In this document: positions 44,001-52,001 of the stretch, in pieces | How the letters are laid out: every line of letters starts with the position of its first letter | Numbering within the stretch: the first letter of the stretch is position 1 | Assembly: GCA_964453635.1 (NCBI GenBank) | Contig: CAYVSK010000003.1 | Span: 7,922 to 62,017, forward strand | Length of the DNA stretch: 54,096 bases | Reading direction: 5' to 3' | DNA from: an uncultured Weeksellaceae bacterium | GTDB lineage: Bacteria; Bacteroidota; Bacteroidia; Flavobacteriales_D; CAYVSK01 | Notes under the pieces: generated by a model | Database searches by the model: none | The model's input: only the letters and a program-made list of their open reading frames with translations | What the model was told of the DNA's origin: nothing | Made by a program: the position numbers and the translations under genes

Positions 44001-45378
44001 GGACCTGATCCGCGGATATCTGGAGATCAGCGGACCGATAACGACCGACGAACTGGCCACAAGATGGGGATTCCAGGCGGACCTGACCGAACGGGCCCTC
44101 CTTCGACTGGAACAGGAGGGGAGCGTGATCCGGGGATCTCTCACCACTGGACAGGGACCGACAGAATGGTGCGAACGAGGCCTCCTTGCCCGGATCCACC
44201 GATACACTCTCCAAGATCTGAGAAATACCATTGAGCCCGTAACGCCGGCGGACTACATGCGCTTTCTTTTTCACTGGCACAACCTCGACGGGTCAGATAA
44301 GCCGGATGGCCCCGAAGCGCTCAGATCCGTTGTCGACAAAATGGAAGGATTCCAGGCCCAGGCCGCGGCATGGGAAGAAGAACTACTCCCCGGTCGCCTG
44401 GCGAGTTACGACCATATCTGGCTCGACACTCTCTGTTTATCAGGACAGACCCTATGGGGAAAACTTCACGGGACCAACAATGGAGACCAGGATCAAACAA
44501 AGCGCCCCATCCGGACCACCCCCCTCACCATCGTAAAACGCGATGCCTTTGATGCCTGGCACAAAAACGGGGGCGAACCCGCTCAGTTATCGAACGAAGC
44601 GGAAAGGGTCCGCAACTTCCTCCGGGAAAAGGGAGCCTCTTTCTTCGATGAGATCAAAAGCGGCACGAACCTGTTCCCCGAAAAAGCGGAACAGGGGTTG
44701 AGCGAGCTCGTTTCCAAGGGACTGGCAACATCCGACAGCTTCACTGGGCTAAGAGCCCTCCTAATAGACCGGAAATTCAAGACCAAAAAGGGCAAGGAAC
44801 GGAACCGCATCCCTTTTACAATGGCCAACGCCGGCAGATGGACACTTTTAAAAAACGGCCCCAAAGAGCACCTCGAAAAGGATGAGGAAGCAGGTGTCGA
44901 ACACATTGCAAGGACCTTGCTGAAACGCTACGGGGTCGTATCCCGAAGGACCCTGACGCGCGAACCCAACCTGGTCAACTGGGGACGCTTGCTCCGCCTC
45001 TATCGCAAACTCGAAGCGCGTGGGGAGATCCGAGGAGGTCGCTTCATCGCTGGGGTCCAAGGTGAACAATTCGCCCTCCCGGAAGTGGTGAACACCCTGC
45101 GAAGGATCCGGGACGAAGAAAAAGCCGGGACCCTCGTCTCGATCAATGCAACAGATCCCCTGAACCTTACCGGCATTATGACCCCTGAAAAAAGGATCCC
45201 AGCCATTCATACCAATCGCATCCTTTACCGGGACGGTGTGCCCGTGGCGGGAAAAGAAGGAAAAAAGATCCGTTTCTTTGTCGACGTCGATGAGCGCGAA
45301 GCAGCGCGATTCCGGAAACATCTCAAAAGGCGCCCTGTTCCCGGGACTCTGAGAAGCTACTTGAAGCTAACGGGATAA
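41050..45378 (+). CDS. lhr: long-form Lhr-family ATP-dependent DNA helicase
   Basis: 1,442-aa ORF. It has APTGSGKT, VDEVH, SATQ and HHGSMS, a DEAD/H-associated region and a large C-terminal extension as in E. coli-type Lhr. Confidence 0.85.
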   Translation: MEQIPFHKTTSDWFRKIFGTPTNVQQEAWESIGSGEHTLLSAPTGSGKTLAAFLSAIDDLVKKARAGDLTEETQVLYISPLKALSNDIATNLQKPLEGIDHSLLQEGKAPAGITTAVRTGDTPSSRRSAMTEHPPHILVTTPESTYLLLTSDKGRKLLSTIRTVIVDEVHAIITSKRGSHLALSLERLERVTSSVPQRIGLSATQKPIEKVARFLSGGEKEKDRPCRIIDQGHDRSMDLSMELPDSPLSSVMSNQVWKEVLTRLDQLIRDHDTTIIFVNTRRLAERLAAQLEESSDETRVTAHHGSMSKKARQRAEEQLKEGNLKALVATASLELGIDIGSVDLVCQIGSCREISTFLQRIGRSGHTLKQTPKGRLFPLTKDELVEGTGLLYAVRQKLLDSLSLPEKPLDILAQQLVAETASGEQTETELYQMAKRAHPYKSLRKKEFQDVIQMLAEGFTTRKGKRGALIHHDEINGRIRPRRKTRLTALTAGGAIPDQFDIDVLVEPDHTFIGTVNEDFATESMEGDVFQLGHRSWRVHGMRNGKLHVEDAGDQPPSIPFWFGEAPGRSPELSSCISFIRERVSDELGEVQPLDKATSDDNESSVFPQSGLNSAREWLDTHAGIPKDAAEQVVEYLATGKAALTALPSENTIVLERFFDEAGDMHLVIHAPFGSRMNRAWGLALRKRFCRKFNFELQAAASEDSIVLSLSTSHSFPLEEVFSYLKQETVREVLIQALLDAPTFEIRWRWNASRALAILRQKGGQRVPPQIQRMHAEDLIAQIFPDQLACLENIEGEREAPDHPLVDQTIHDCLHEAMDIEKLEKTLERIEAGNMKLITRDLREPSPLAQEILNARPYAFLDNAPAEERRTNAVRARSRMELHEAAKAGELDPGAIEKVVEEARPPVRSADELHDALRIAGGWEEAEVNEKGWSAWLRELTREGRAFCWKTPKGHSMCFAMEDQKKIAAAFSEKNDTTGENARTDLIRGYLEISGPITTDELATRWGFQADLTERALLRLEQEGSVIRGSLTTGQGPTEWCERGLLARIHRYTLQDLRNTIEPVTPADYMRFLFHWHNLDGSDKPDGPEALRSVVDKMEGFQAQAAAWEEELLPGRLASYDHIWLDTLCLSGQTLWGKLHGTNNGDQDQTKRPIRTTPLTIVKRDAFDAWHKNGGEPAQLSNEAERVRNFLREKGASFFDEIKSGTNLFPEKAEQGLSELVSKGLATSDSFTGLRALLIDRKFKTKKGKERNRIPFTMANAGRWTLLKNGPKEHLEKDEEAGVEHIARTLLKRYGVVSRRTLTREPNLVNWGRLLRLYRKLEARGEIRGGRFIAGVQGEQFALPEVVNTLRRIRDEEKAGTLVSINATDPLNLTGIMTPEKRIPAIHTNRILYRDGVPVAGKEGKKIRFFVDVDEREAARFRKHLKRRPVPGTLRSYLKLTG

Positions 45379-46713
45379 AGCCATAGCACTGGCCTCCCCT
45401 TTTCGCCATTTCAATAGTTCCCAGAATAAGGCAGCATAGACAATGGTGTATTCCAGACCAAGCAACCAAGGGTCTTCAGTATAAGCCGGTGTTCGGTAGG
45501 CCGAATAACTGAGAACCGCTGTTAATGACCAGAATATGGGAAACCGAAAACGCGAAATAACAGAAAGCCCGACAAGGGGCGTTATGTACCACGAATGAAC
45601 CGTCGTTGAAAGAAAAAGGTGAAGGGCAAGGGCCAGCAAGAAAGCCTGCGGAAGCACCTTGTCCCTTTCAACCCGAGCACCAAAAGCCAGGCCGAACACC
45701 CCCAGAAAGGTCAATCCGGACAATAGCGGCGCCATGGTGGCGATCATGTTGTATCCTACAGTTTCAAGACCGATCCAGCGAACGAGATAATAAATACTGG
45801 CATTGAACTCGAAACTTTGAAAATACAATTCCAGCCCCGACCCAAAGTTTCGGATAGCATCCATCGAGAGAAAAGGAAGGAAAAGGACCCCAATGCCCAG
45901 ACCGACCACGGCAAAATACACCAGGGACCTCCACCCCAGACGACGGACCATGAAAGGCATCAGCATCAGGGGAATAAGTTTGACCGCAACCGCACCGGCC
46001 AATGAAAATGCCGACCCCATATAACGCCCCTGATAAAGCAGATAGATCCCTCCGAGAACAAAAGCAAGCATGAGCGCTTCAAAATGCAAATTTCCGGTCA
46101 ATTCGATGATGACCAACGGATTCAAGGCATAGAACAGAACACTCCGTATCCCCACACCCAAGCGGGTGGCCAATTTTCCAAGAAGGACCAGGTTCACCCA
46201 TTCGGCGGCCAGGATAAAGACCCGGAGCACAACAGCGTGCATGAACCAGCTTTTCCCCGAAATGATGGAAGCGACCCCGAACATGAATTGATCCACGGGC
46301 GGATATACGGTATGGTAAGCGGGGGAGTTGAGCCTTTCGAAAAGCCGCTCATTCAAGCCCATGGCATCACCCTTATCGGTACCCACAAGGGCTTTGGGCA
46401 TGAATTCGTAGGGATTCATGCCATTCGCCAGTATCCGGCCATCCCAAATGAAGCGATAGATATCATCACTCAGGTTCGGGAACATGAAAAGCAGGACCAA
46501 ACGAAGGAACATCCCCAGAAACAGGATTTCCCTCCACTGAAAGGTGATCCCCTTATGGAAATAAAGGGTCCCGGCACAACCGAAGGCAGCTCCAAAAAGA
46601 AGGAAAAGTTGGACCGTCTCCGTTCGGGAAGTGAAATACCCCAACACGATCAAAAAGACCGACAGAAGCCCCCCGAGCAGGACCTTGACTTTATCCGGAT
46701 AAGAGCGGCTCAT
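45367..46713 (-). CDS. polytopic membrane glycosyltransferase, GT-C-like (DUF2029/GT87-like)
   Basis: 448-aa ORF with many TM helices. The first-loop acidic motif (NLSDDIYRFIWDGRILANGMNPY) resembles polyprenyl-phosphate-sugar-dependent GT-C enzymes. Confidence 0.5.
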   Translation of the reverse strand: MSRSYPDKVKVLLGGLLSVFLIVLGYFTSRTETVQLFLLFGAAFGCAGTLYFHKGITFQWREILFLGMFLRLVLLFMFPNLSDDIYRFIWDGRILANGMNPYEFMPKALVGTDKGDAMGLNERLFERLNSPAYHTVYPPVDQFMFGVASIISGKSWFMHAVVLRVFILAAEWVNLVLLGKLATRLGVGIRSVLFYALNPLVIIELTGNLHFEALMLAFVLGGIYLLYQGRYMGSAFSLAGAVAVKLIPLMLMPFMVRRLGWRSLVYFAVVGLGIGVLFLPFLSMDAIRNFGSGLELYFQSFEFNASIYYLVRWIGLETVGYNMIATMAPLLSGLTFLGVFGLAFGARVERDKVLPQAFLLALALHLFLSTTVHSWYITPLVGLSVISRFRFPIFWSLTAVLSYSAYRTPAYTEDPWLLGLEYTIVYAALFWELLKWRKGEASAMALSR

Positions 46714-46794
46714 GAATATTCCATAGGAATAAAGGACCCTTCGTAAGAAAAACCCGCCTGTACCGAGAAAAACACAGGAGCCAAAGTCCTTGCT

Positions 46795-48273
46795 TTAACG
46801 GGTATGTTTATAGGAATAATAAAAAACATACCCAAAACCGAGGGTAAGCATCACATGAAAGGGCAAGAGACCAAAATCCCCGAGGTGAAAAGCCAACCAG
46901 ATCCCACTGAAAAAATAAAGGGTGATAACCCCTTCGAGCAGGGTCAGGAGATCGATGCTCTTGATCCGATACTTGTTGCCCTTCCAGCTATCCGTCACCC
47001 GTTTGATATTGAACTTCGGGGTCCGGATAAAGGAAGTCCGTTTCCCCACGTACCCTTCGAAAACGGCAACAGCGTTATGGAGTGACATCCCCATAGAGAC
47101 CGAGAGGAACATGGGAAAGCGCTTCAGAAAGACCAAGGCCCTTTGGCCCGTATGGGAGAGCTCTCGGACCAGGGAGGTCCAATAAAAGACGGCGAGAAGA
47201 ACAAGGCTCATAATAAAGAAAGACCCCACCTTGAAAAGCAGCGCATATTCCGGATAAAGATCCTTAATAAAAAGGACGGGGATGCTGAGCATCGATATAC
47301 AAAATATGCAAATGAAGAGAAAGCTGTTCATAAGGTGAAAGATGGCATGAACTTTCGTCCGGAAGCTGAAATTTCCTGTTTTCAGGACTTTCGGAAGGTT
47401 TTTCCGGGCACATTCAGCAGCACCTTTGGTCCACCGGAATTGTTGGGTCTTTAGAGCGTTCATAGCAGCGGGTAGTTCGGCAGGGGCTCCCGTGTCTTCC
47501 CTGAAGACGAAGCGCCATCCCTTAAGCTGGGCACGATAGCTCAGATCCAGGTCCTCCGTTAAGGTATCATCCATCCAACCACCCGCATCATCGATGCAGG
47601 CTTTTCTCCAGACCCCTGCGGTGCCATTGAAATTCATGAAATGCCCCCCACTGTTCCGGCCCATTTGCTCCACGGAAAAATGGGCATTGAGCCCAAAAGC
47701 CTGCATACGGGTCAAAGAGGAGTAATGCTCATTAATATGCTCCCAGCGGGTTTGAACGACCCCGACAGAATCATCCTTGAAAGCCGGCAGGGTCTTCCTT
47801 AGAAAATTCCGGGGCGGAATGAAATCAGCATCGAAAACAGCGATAAAGTCCCCTTTCGCGAAGCTGAGTCCGTGAGCCAGGGCGCCGGCCTTGAAGCCTT
47901 TCCGGTCGGTCCGGCGGACATGTTGAATGTCCAGGCCTTTACGTTGCCAGTGGTCGATCCTTTCAGCCGCCACATCCACGGACTCATCAGTTGAATCATC
48001 GAGGACCTGGATCTCCAGGCATTCCTTCGGGTAATCGAAGGAAGCGACGGCATCGATCAGGCGCTCGACCACGTAATACTCATTGAAGACGGGTAGCTGG
48101 ACCGTAACAACAGGGGCCTCTTCATCTTTAAGAACAGGAGCTGACTCCGTTCCTCGCTGCTTTTTATGACGACGATAACGGAGGTATTGGATCACCAGGT
48201 CCAATTGGATCAGGCTGTAAAAAAAGATAAAGGAAAGAAAGACCCCGTATATGATCAGCACGAATAAAACCAC
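46795..48273 (-). CDS. membrane-embedded family 2 glycosyltransferase, processive type (QxxRW)
   Basis: 492-aa ORF with a GTG start. Motifs VQLPVFNE, VLDDSTD, FDADF, TEDLDLS and QQFRWTKG, flanked by TM segments. Confidence 0.75.
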   Translation of the reverse strand: MVLFVLIIYGVFLSFIFFYSLIQLDLVIQYLRYRRHKKQRGTESAPVLKDEEAPVVTVQLPVFNEYYVVERLIDAVASFDYPKECLEIQVLDDSTDESVDVAAERIDHWQRKGLDIQHVRRTDRKGFKAGALAHGLSFAKGDFIAVFDADFIPPRNFLRKTLPAFKDDSVGVVQTRWEHINEHYSSLTRMQAFGLNAHFSVEQMGRNSGGHFMNFNGTAGVWRKACIDDAGGWMDDTLTEDLDLSYRAQLKGWRFVFREDTGAPAELPAAMNALKTQQFRWTKGAAECARKNLPKVLKTGNFSFRTKVHAIFHLMNSFLFICIFCISMLSIPVLFIKDLYPEYALLFKVGSFFIMSLVLLAVFYWTSLVRELSHTGQRALVFLKRFPMFLSVSMGMSLHNAVAVFEGYVGKRTSFIRTPKFNIKRVTDSWKGNKYRIKSIDLLTLLEGVITLYFFSGIWLAFHLGDFGLLPFHVMLTLGFGYVFYYSYKHTR

Positions 48274-48276
48274 GAA

Positions 48277-48969
48277 CTAAAGGTGTTTGAACAAGGTATA
48301 AAGGATCTTATGACCAGCCATTACGGTTCCCTTCACGGTCCCGGCGATCTTGGAATGCCCGATCCTTTGCCGGTAATCAACGGGGACCTCTTTACAGGCG
48401 AGTCCTTTTTTGGCGGCTTTCAACTGCATTTCCACGGTCCATCCATAATCAGGATCCCGCATGCCGATATCCCGGAGCCGATCGTAGCGGATCGCCCGGA
48501 AAGGGCCGAGATCCGTGAAACGCACCCCGTAAAGGAGGCGAAGCAAACGCGTGGCCAACCAATTCCCGAAGCGTTGCTGGGGAAGCATGGCCCCTTCTTC
48601 GCGATCACCAAGGGCACGGGACCCGATCACCAGATCCTTCCCCGCTTCCTCGATCGGTTCGATCAAACGCTCCATTTGTTCAGGCCGATCGGAACGATCC
48701 GCATCAAGGAAGACCACGATATCGGGCTTATCATTCCGTTCGTTCAGATACGCCAAGCCCTTTAAACACGCGGAACCGTATCCCTTCCGCGGTTCCCGCA
48801 ACACCCGTGCACCTCCTTCTTCTGCCACTGCCCCCGTACGGTCCGTCGAAGCATTATCCACCACGATGACCTCCCGCACCAAGCCCCAAGGGATCGCCTT
48901 TAAGACCTCGGGGAGTGAAGTCTCTTCATTCTGGGCCGGAATGATGACATCTATGACGCTTCTTTTCAA
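48277..48969 (-). CDS. soluble family 2 glycosyltransferase, polyprenyl-phosphate-sugar synthase-like (DPM1/ArnC/GtrB catalytic domain-like)
   Basis: 230-aa ORF with a TTG start. Motifs VIIPAQNE, VVDNASTD and FLDADRSD. No TM segment. It lies 3 nt upstream of the next GT2 gene. Confidence 0.7.
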   Translation of the reverse strand: MKRSVIDVIIPAQNEETSLPEVLKAIPWGLVREVIVVDNASTDRTGAVAEEGGARVLREPRKGYGSACLKGLAYLNERNDKPDIVVFLDADRSDRPEQMERLIEPIEEAGKDLVIGSRALGDREEGAMLPQQRFGNWLATRLLRLLYGVRFTDLGPFRAIRYDRLRDIGMRDPDYGWTVEMQLKAAKKGLACKEVPVDYRQRIGHSKIAGTVKGTVMAGHKILYTLFKHL

Positions 48970-49028
48970 AAATACAGTGCCTTGCCCCCTCTCTTTTTTT
49001 TATCGGTTGAACACCCCTGCCCCATCTT

Positions 49029-50399
49029 TTAGCCTTTGACGTTGGGATTGAGCTCTATACTTTCATTGCCGACCATAATGGGTTCACTACTCACCTTGCT
49101 GCCGGCTGGTCCGTTCTCGAGGTTCAGGACCCCTCTTGGGCAGACCGTGGCACACATGCCACAACCAACACAGGATGCCCGTACGATGTTCTGACCCCGC
49201 TGAGCGTACCACTTCACGTCGATCCCCATCTCACAATACGTGGAACAATTCCCGCAGGATATGCATTGCCCCCCGTTCGTCGTGATCCGAAAACGGGAAA
49301 AGAATTTTTGCTGTAATCCCAGAATCGCCGCCATCGGACACCCGAAGCGGCACCATACGCGTGTGCCCATCAAAGGATAGAAACCCACGCCCACAACACC
49401 CTGCCAAATGGTCCCGATGAAGAAGCCATAGGTCCACCTGAAATCATCCGAGAACGCCCCGAAAAAACTCCCCTTGTAAACATCGTCGATCCATAACAGA
49501 GAAGTAACAACGACCACGAAGACGAGAACGAGGTGGATCGACCAACGCTCGAACTTCCAAGCAGCCAACGACTTATCTGACAAATGGCGCCAGGGGTCAC
49601 CGACCGTATTGGCCAAACCACCACACCCGCAAACCCAGGAACAATACCAACGCTTGCCGTAAAAATAAGTAAGGATCGGGGTCACGATGAAGGTCATCGC
49701 AGCTCCCCAAAAGACCATAAAGACCCCGAGCGTACCACTATCGGTAAGGGACCCGACGGTTGAGGGAAAGAGATATTTGTGTTCCAGCGGCCAGAAATAG
49801 GAGAAATAAAAGCCAGGTTGCTGAAATGCCTGCAGAATATTGGGGATCAAAAAGGCGAAGGCCAGCTGAAAGAACATAACAGAAGCGGTCCGTATGATCT
49901 GATAATTGGAATGACGGTATTTCAGGATGGCTTTGACCCCCATGACCAGAATGCCCAGGGTGTAGATCGTCCCGTAGAGAAACCACTGATCGGCCTTTTG
50001 TCCGGATATCATGTAGCTCAAGGGGTCCATGGCCCGCACCATACCGTCAAGGGTCCCCGGGAACCAATAAATGAGCACATAAAAACCCGTCAGCACAATG
50101 CCCAGCATCCAACCTGCTGAACCGCGTGAAGTAAGGGAGCGATGCCAGGTATGGTCATTCTTTACCCCGGCACTTTCCCCTTTATAAAAACTATATATAT
50201 AGAGCAGACCACCGCCGGTGCCCAGGCCGATACTCAGGAAAAAGAACATCCACGGGGCGTAGTTGGAAGCGCCCGTCCAGGCCACGAGCAAGAACAACAG
50301 ACCGATCGAAAAGATGGCCAGCCCCCATTGCTGGCCTTTGTTCATACCTTCAGGATTTGGATTGCCGAGACTTATGGATGGATTGCTTTTATTCGTCAT
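49029..50399 (-). CDS. NapH/NosH/CcoG-type polytopic membrane polyferredoxin (2x[4Fe-4S])
   Basis: 456-aa ORF with multiple TM helices. It has CX3C motifs (CSWVCG and CRFGCP) and two ferredoxin motifs (CISCGNCSTYCE and CVGCGMCATVCP). Confidence 0.7.
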   Translation of the reverse strand: MTNKSNPSISLGNPNPEGMNKGQQWGLAIFSIGLLFLLVAWTGASNYAPWMFFFLSIGLGTGGGLLYIYSFYKGESAGVKNDHTWHRSLTSRGSAGWMLGIVLTGFYVLIYWFPGTLDGMVRAMDPLSYMISGQKADQWFLYGTIYTLGILVMGVKAILKYRHSNYQIIRTASVMFFQLAFAFLIPNILQAFQQPGFYFSYFWPLEHKYLFPSTVGSLTDSGTLGVFMVFWGAAMTFIVTPILTYFYGKRWYCSWVCGCGGLANTVGDPWRHLSDKSLAAWKFERWSIHLVLVFVVVVTSLLWIDDVYKGSFFGAFSDDFRWTYGFFIGTIWQGVVGVGFYPLMGTRVWCRFGCPMAAILGLQQKFFSRFRITTNGGQCISCGNCSTYCEMGIDVKWYAQRGQNIVRASCVGCGMCATVCPRGVLNLENGPAGSKVSSEPIMVGNESIELNPNVKG

Positions 50400-50419
50400 A
50401 ACACCGAGTTTTACAGGCC

Positions 50420-51760
50420 CTAATGGCCCATCAAAAGGCTGAAGAGCCCCTTTTTGGCCTTCACCTTTAGCGCCTTGCCCGTTTCTGCGTTGAACTTCTC
50501 AATGATCTCGGGTTCGTGCTGTTTGTAGAACTCCGGATCAAAGTTCGCTTTGGGGAGCTCCTCCATCACCTCATCGATGTGCTTGCCCTCCTTGATCCAC
50601 TGGTCACAAAGTTCATGGCGGAAGCGGATCCCCAAAAGATTGAATGCGATCACGCTGCCATCGTGCTTATCCCAGACCACCCGAAAACACTTCTTCCCCC
50701 TTTCGTGTTCCCAATAAAAGCTTTCCTCGTTCTCCCGGGCTTCGGGCAATACCCAGCCGTAGGTCTGGTATTCGATATCGAAGAATTTGGCCGAGTTGAA
50801 CCATATTCCCGGCTTGTATTCGGTCCGGTCACCGCATATGGTGTGGGCCACGATCTCCCCGTGGATCTTCCCGGTGTACCAGACCTGCTCAACAGGGGGG
50901 CGTCTTCCCGGGGGATCGCGAAATTCCGCACAATCCCCGACCGCATAGACATTTGGCACGTTGGTCTCAAAACAGCGATTCACGAGGATCCCCTTGTTGG
51001 TCTCGACCTCGGAATTTTTCACGATATCGACCTTGGGATGCACCCCGGCGGTCAATCCGACGAACTGGCAATCGATGCTCTGCCCATCCTTCGTGATCAC
51101 CCTTTCCACGCGACCCAATTCATCCCCCTCTATGCGGTCCAGTTCCGTCTCAAGGCGAAGATCGACACCGTGCTCCCGAATATGACGGCATATCAACGAA
51201 CCCTCTTCCGGAGGAAGGACCTTGCCCCAATAGCGATCCTCACGGATGAGAAACGTGACGGGAATGTTCCGGGTATGCAGCATTTCCGCCATTTCAACAC
51301 CGATGAGCCCACCTCCCACGATCACGGCCCGATCAACCCTTCCCCTCGTGTTCTGTTCCATGAGCTCCAGGTCCTGATAGCTGTACAAGCCTTGTACACC
51401 ACTCAGGTCCTGACCGGGCCATCCGAACTTGTTGTAGCTCGAACCGAGCGCCAGGATCAGATCATCGTAAGCCATTACCTTCTCGTTGGCCAGATAGAGG
51501 CGTTTCTCCTCCGTGTCGATCCGATCGACCCAACCCCGCATCAGTTCGATCCGGTTCTTTTCCCAGAACCAGTCCTCGTAAGGCTTGGTCTCCTCGTAAG
51601 TGAGGTGCCCCATGTAAATGTACATAAGGGCCGTACGGGCGAAGAAATGCTCGGTCTCATCGGAGATCACGGTGATGCGGTGATCGCTCATCTTTCGGAT
51701 ATGCCTGGCGGCCGTAATACCCGAAACCCCGTTGCCGATGATCACGACGTGTTTACTCAT
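50420..51760 (-). CDS. NAD(P)/FAD-dependent oxidoreductase (ferredoxin/rubredoxin-reductase-like flavoprotein)
   Basis: 446-aa ORF with a FAD fold (VVIIGNGVSGITAA), a second dinucleotide fold (AVIVGGGLIGVEMAE) and YAVGDCAE. No redox-active CxxxxC pair is visible. Confidence 0.75.
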   Translation of the reverse strand: MSKHVVIIGNGVSGITAARHIRKMSDHRITVISDETEHFFARTALMYIYMGHLTYEETKPYEDWFWEKNRIELMRGWVDRIDTEEKRLYLANEKVMAYDDLILALGSSYNKFGWPGQDLSGVQGLYSYQDLELMEQNTRGRVDRAVIVGGGLIGVEMAEMLHTRNIPVTFLIREDRYWGKVLPPEEGSLICRHIREHGVDLRLETELDRIEGDELGRVERVITKDGQSIDCQFVGLTAGVHPKVDIVKNSEVETNKGILVNRCFETNVPNVYAVGDCAEFRDPPGRRPPVEQVWYTGKIHGEIVAHTICGDRTEYKPGIWFNSAKFFDIEYQTYGWVLPEARENEESFYWEHERGKKCFRVVWDKHDGSVIAFNLLGIRFRHELCDQWIKEGKHIDEVMEELPKANFDPEFYKQHEPEIIEKFNAETGKALKVKAKKGLFSLLMGH

Positions 51761-52001
51761 TGGAGCGCCTTATGAATACGAGTTTATAAAAAGCAAAAGA
51801 AGGGGAAACCCATGCGGTAAAATTATTGCCTTATACAGAACAAATGAACGAGCCCTTTTCCATTCCCTTTGTCTTCAACGTGACAATTGAAGAAAAGCAG
51901 CCCAAAAGAGGAATCCCTATATTCGTCGAAAAGAGGGATCCCGGACATGACCGAATAAAAAGCTTCCACGTCCCGACCCAAAAGCCCCCGCAAAAGACCC
52001 C

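Noticed and set aside
50516-51775. A 419-aa plus-strand ORF antisense to the flavoprotein gene.
   Set aside because: The minus strand has two textbook dinucleotide-binding folds. The antisense translation is low-information (Pro/Leu/Val/His-rich).
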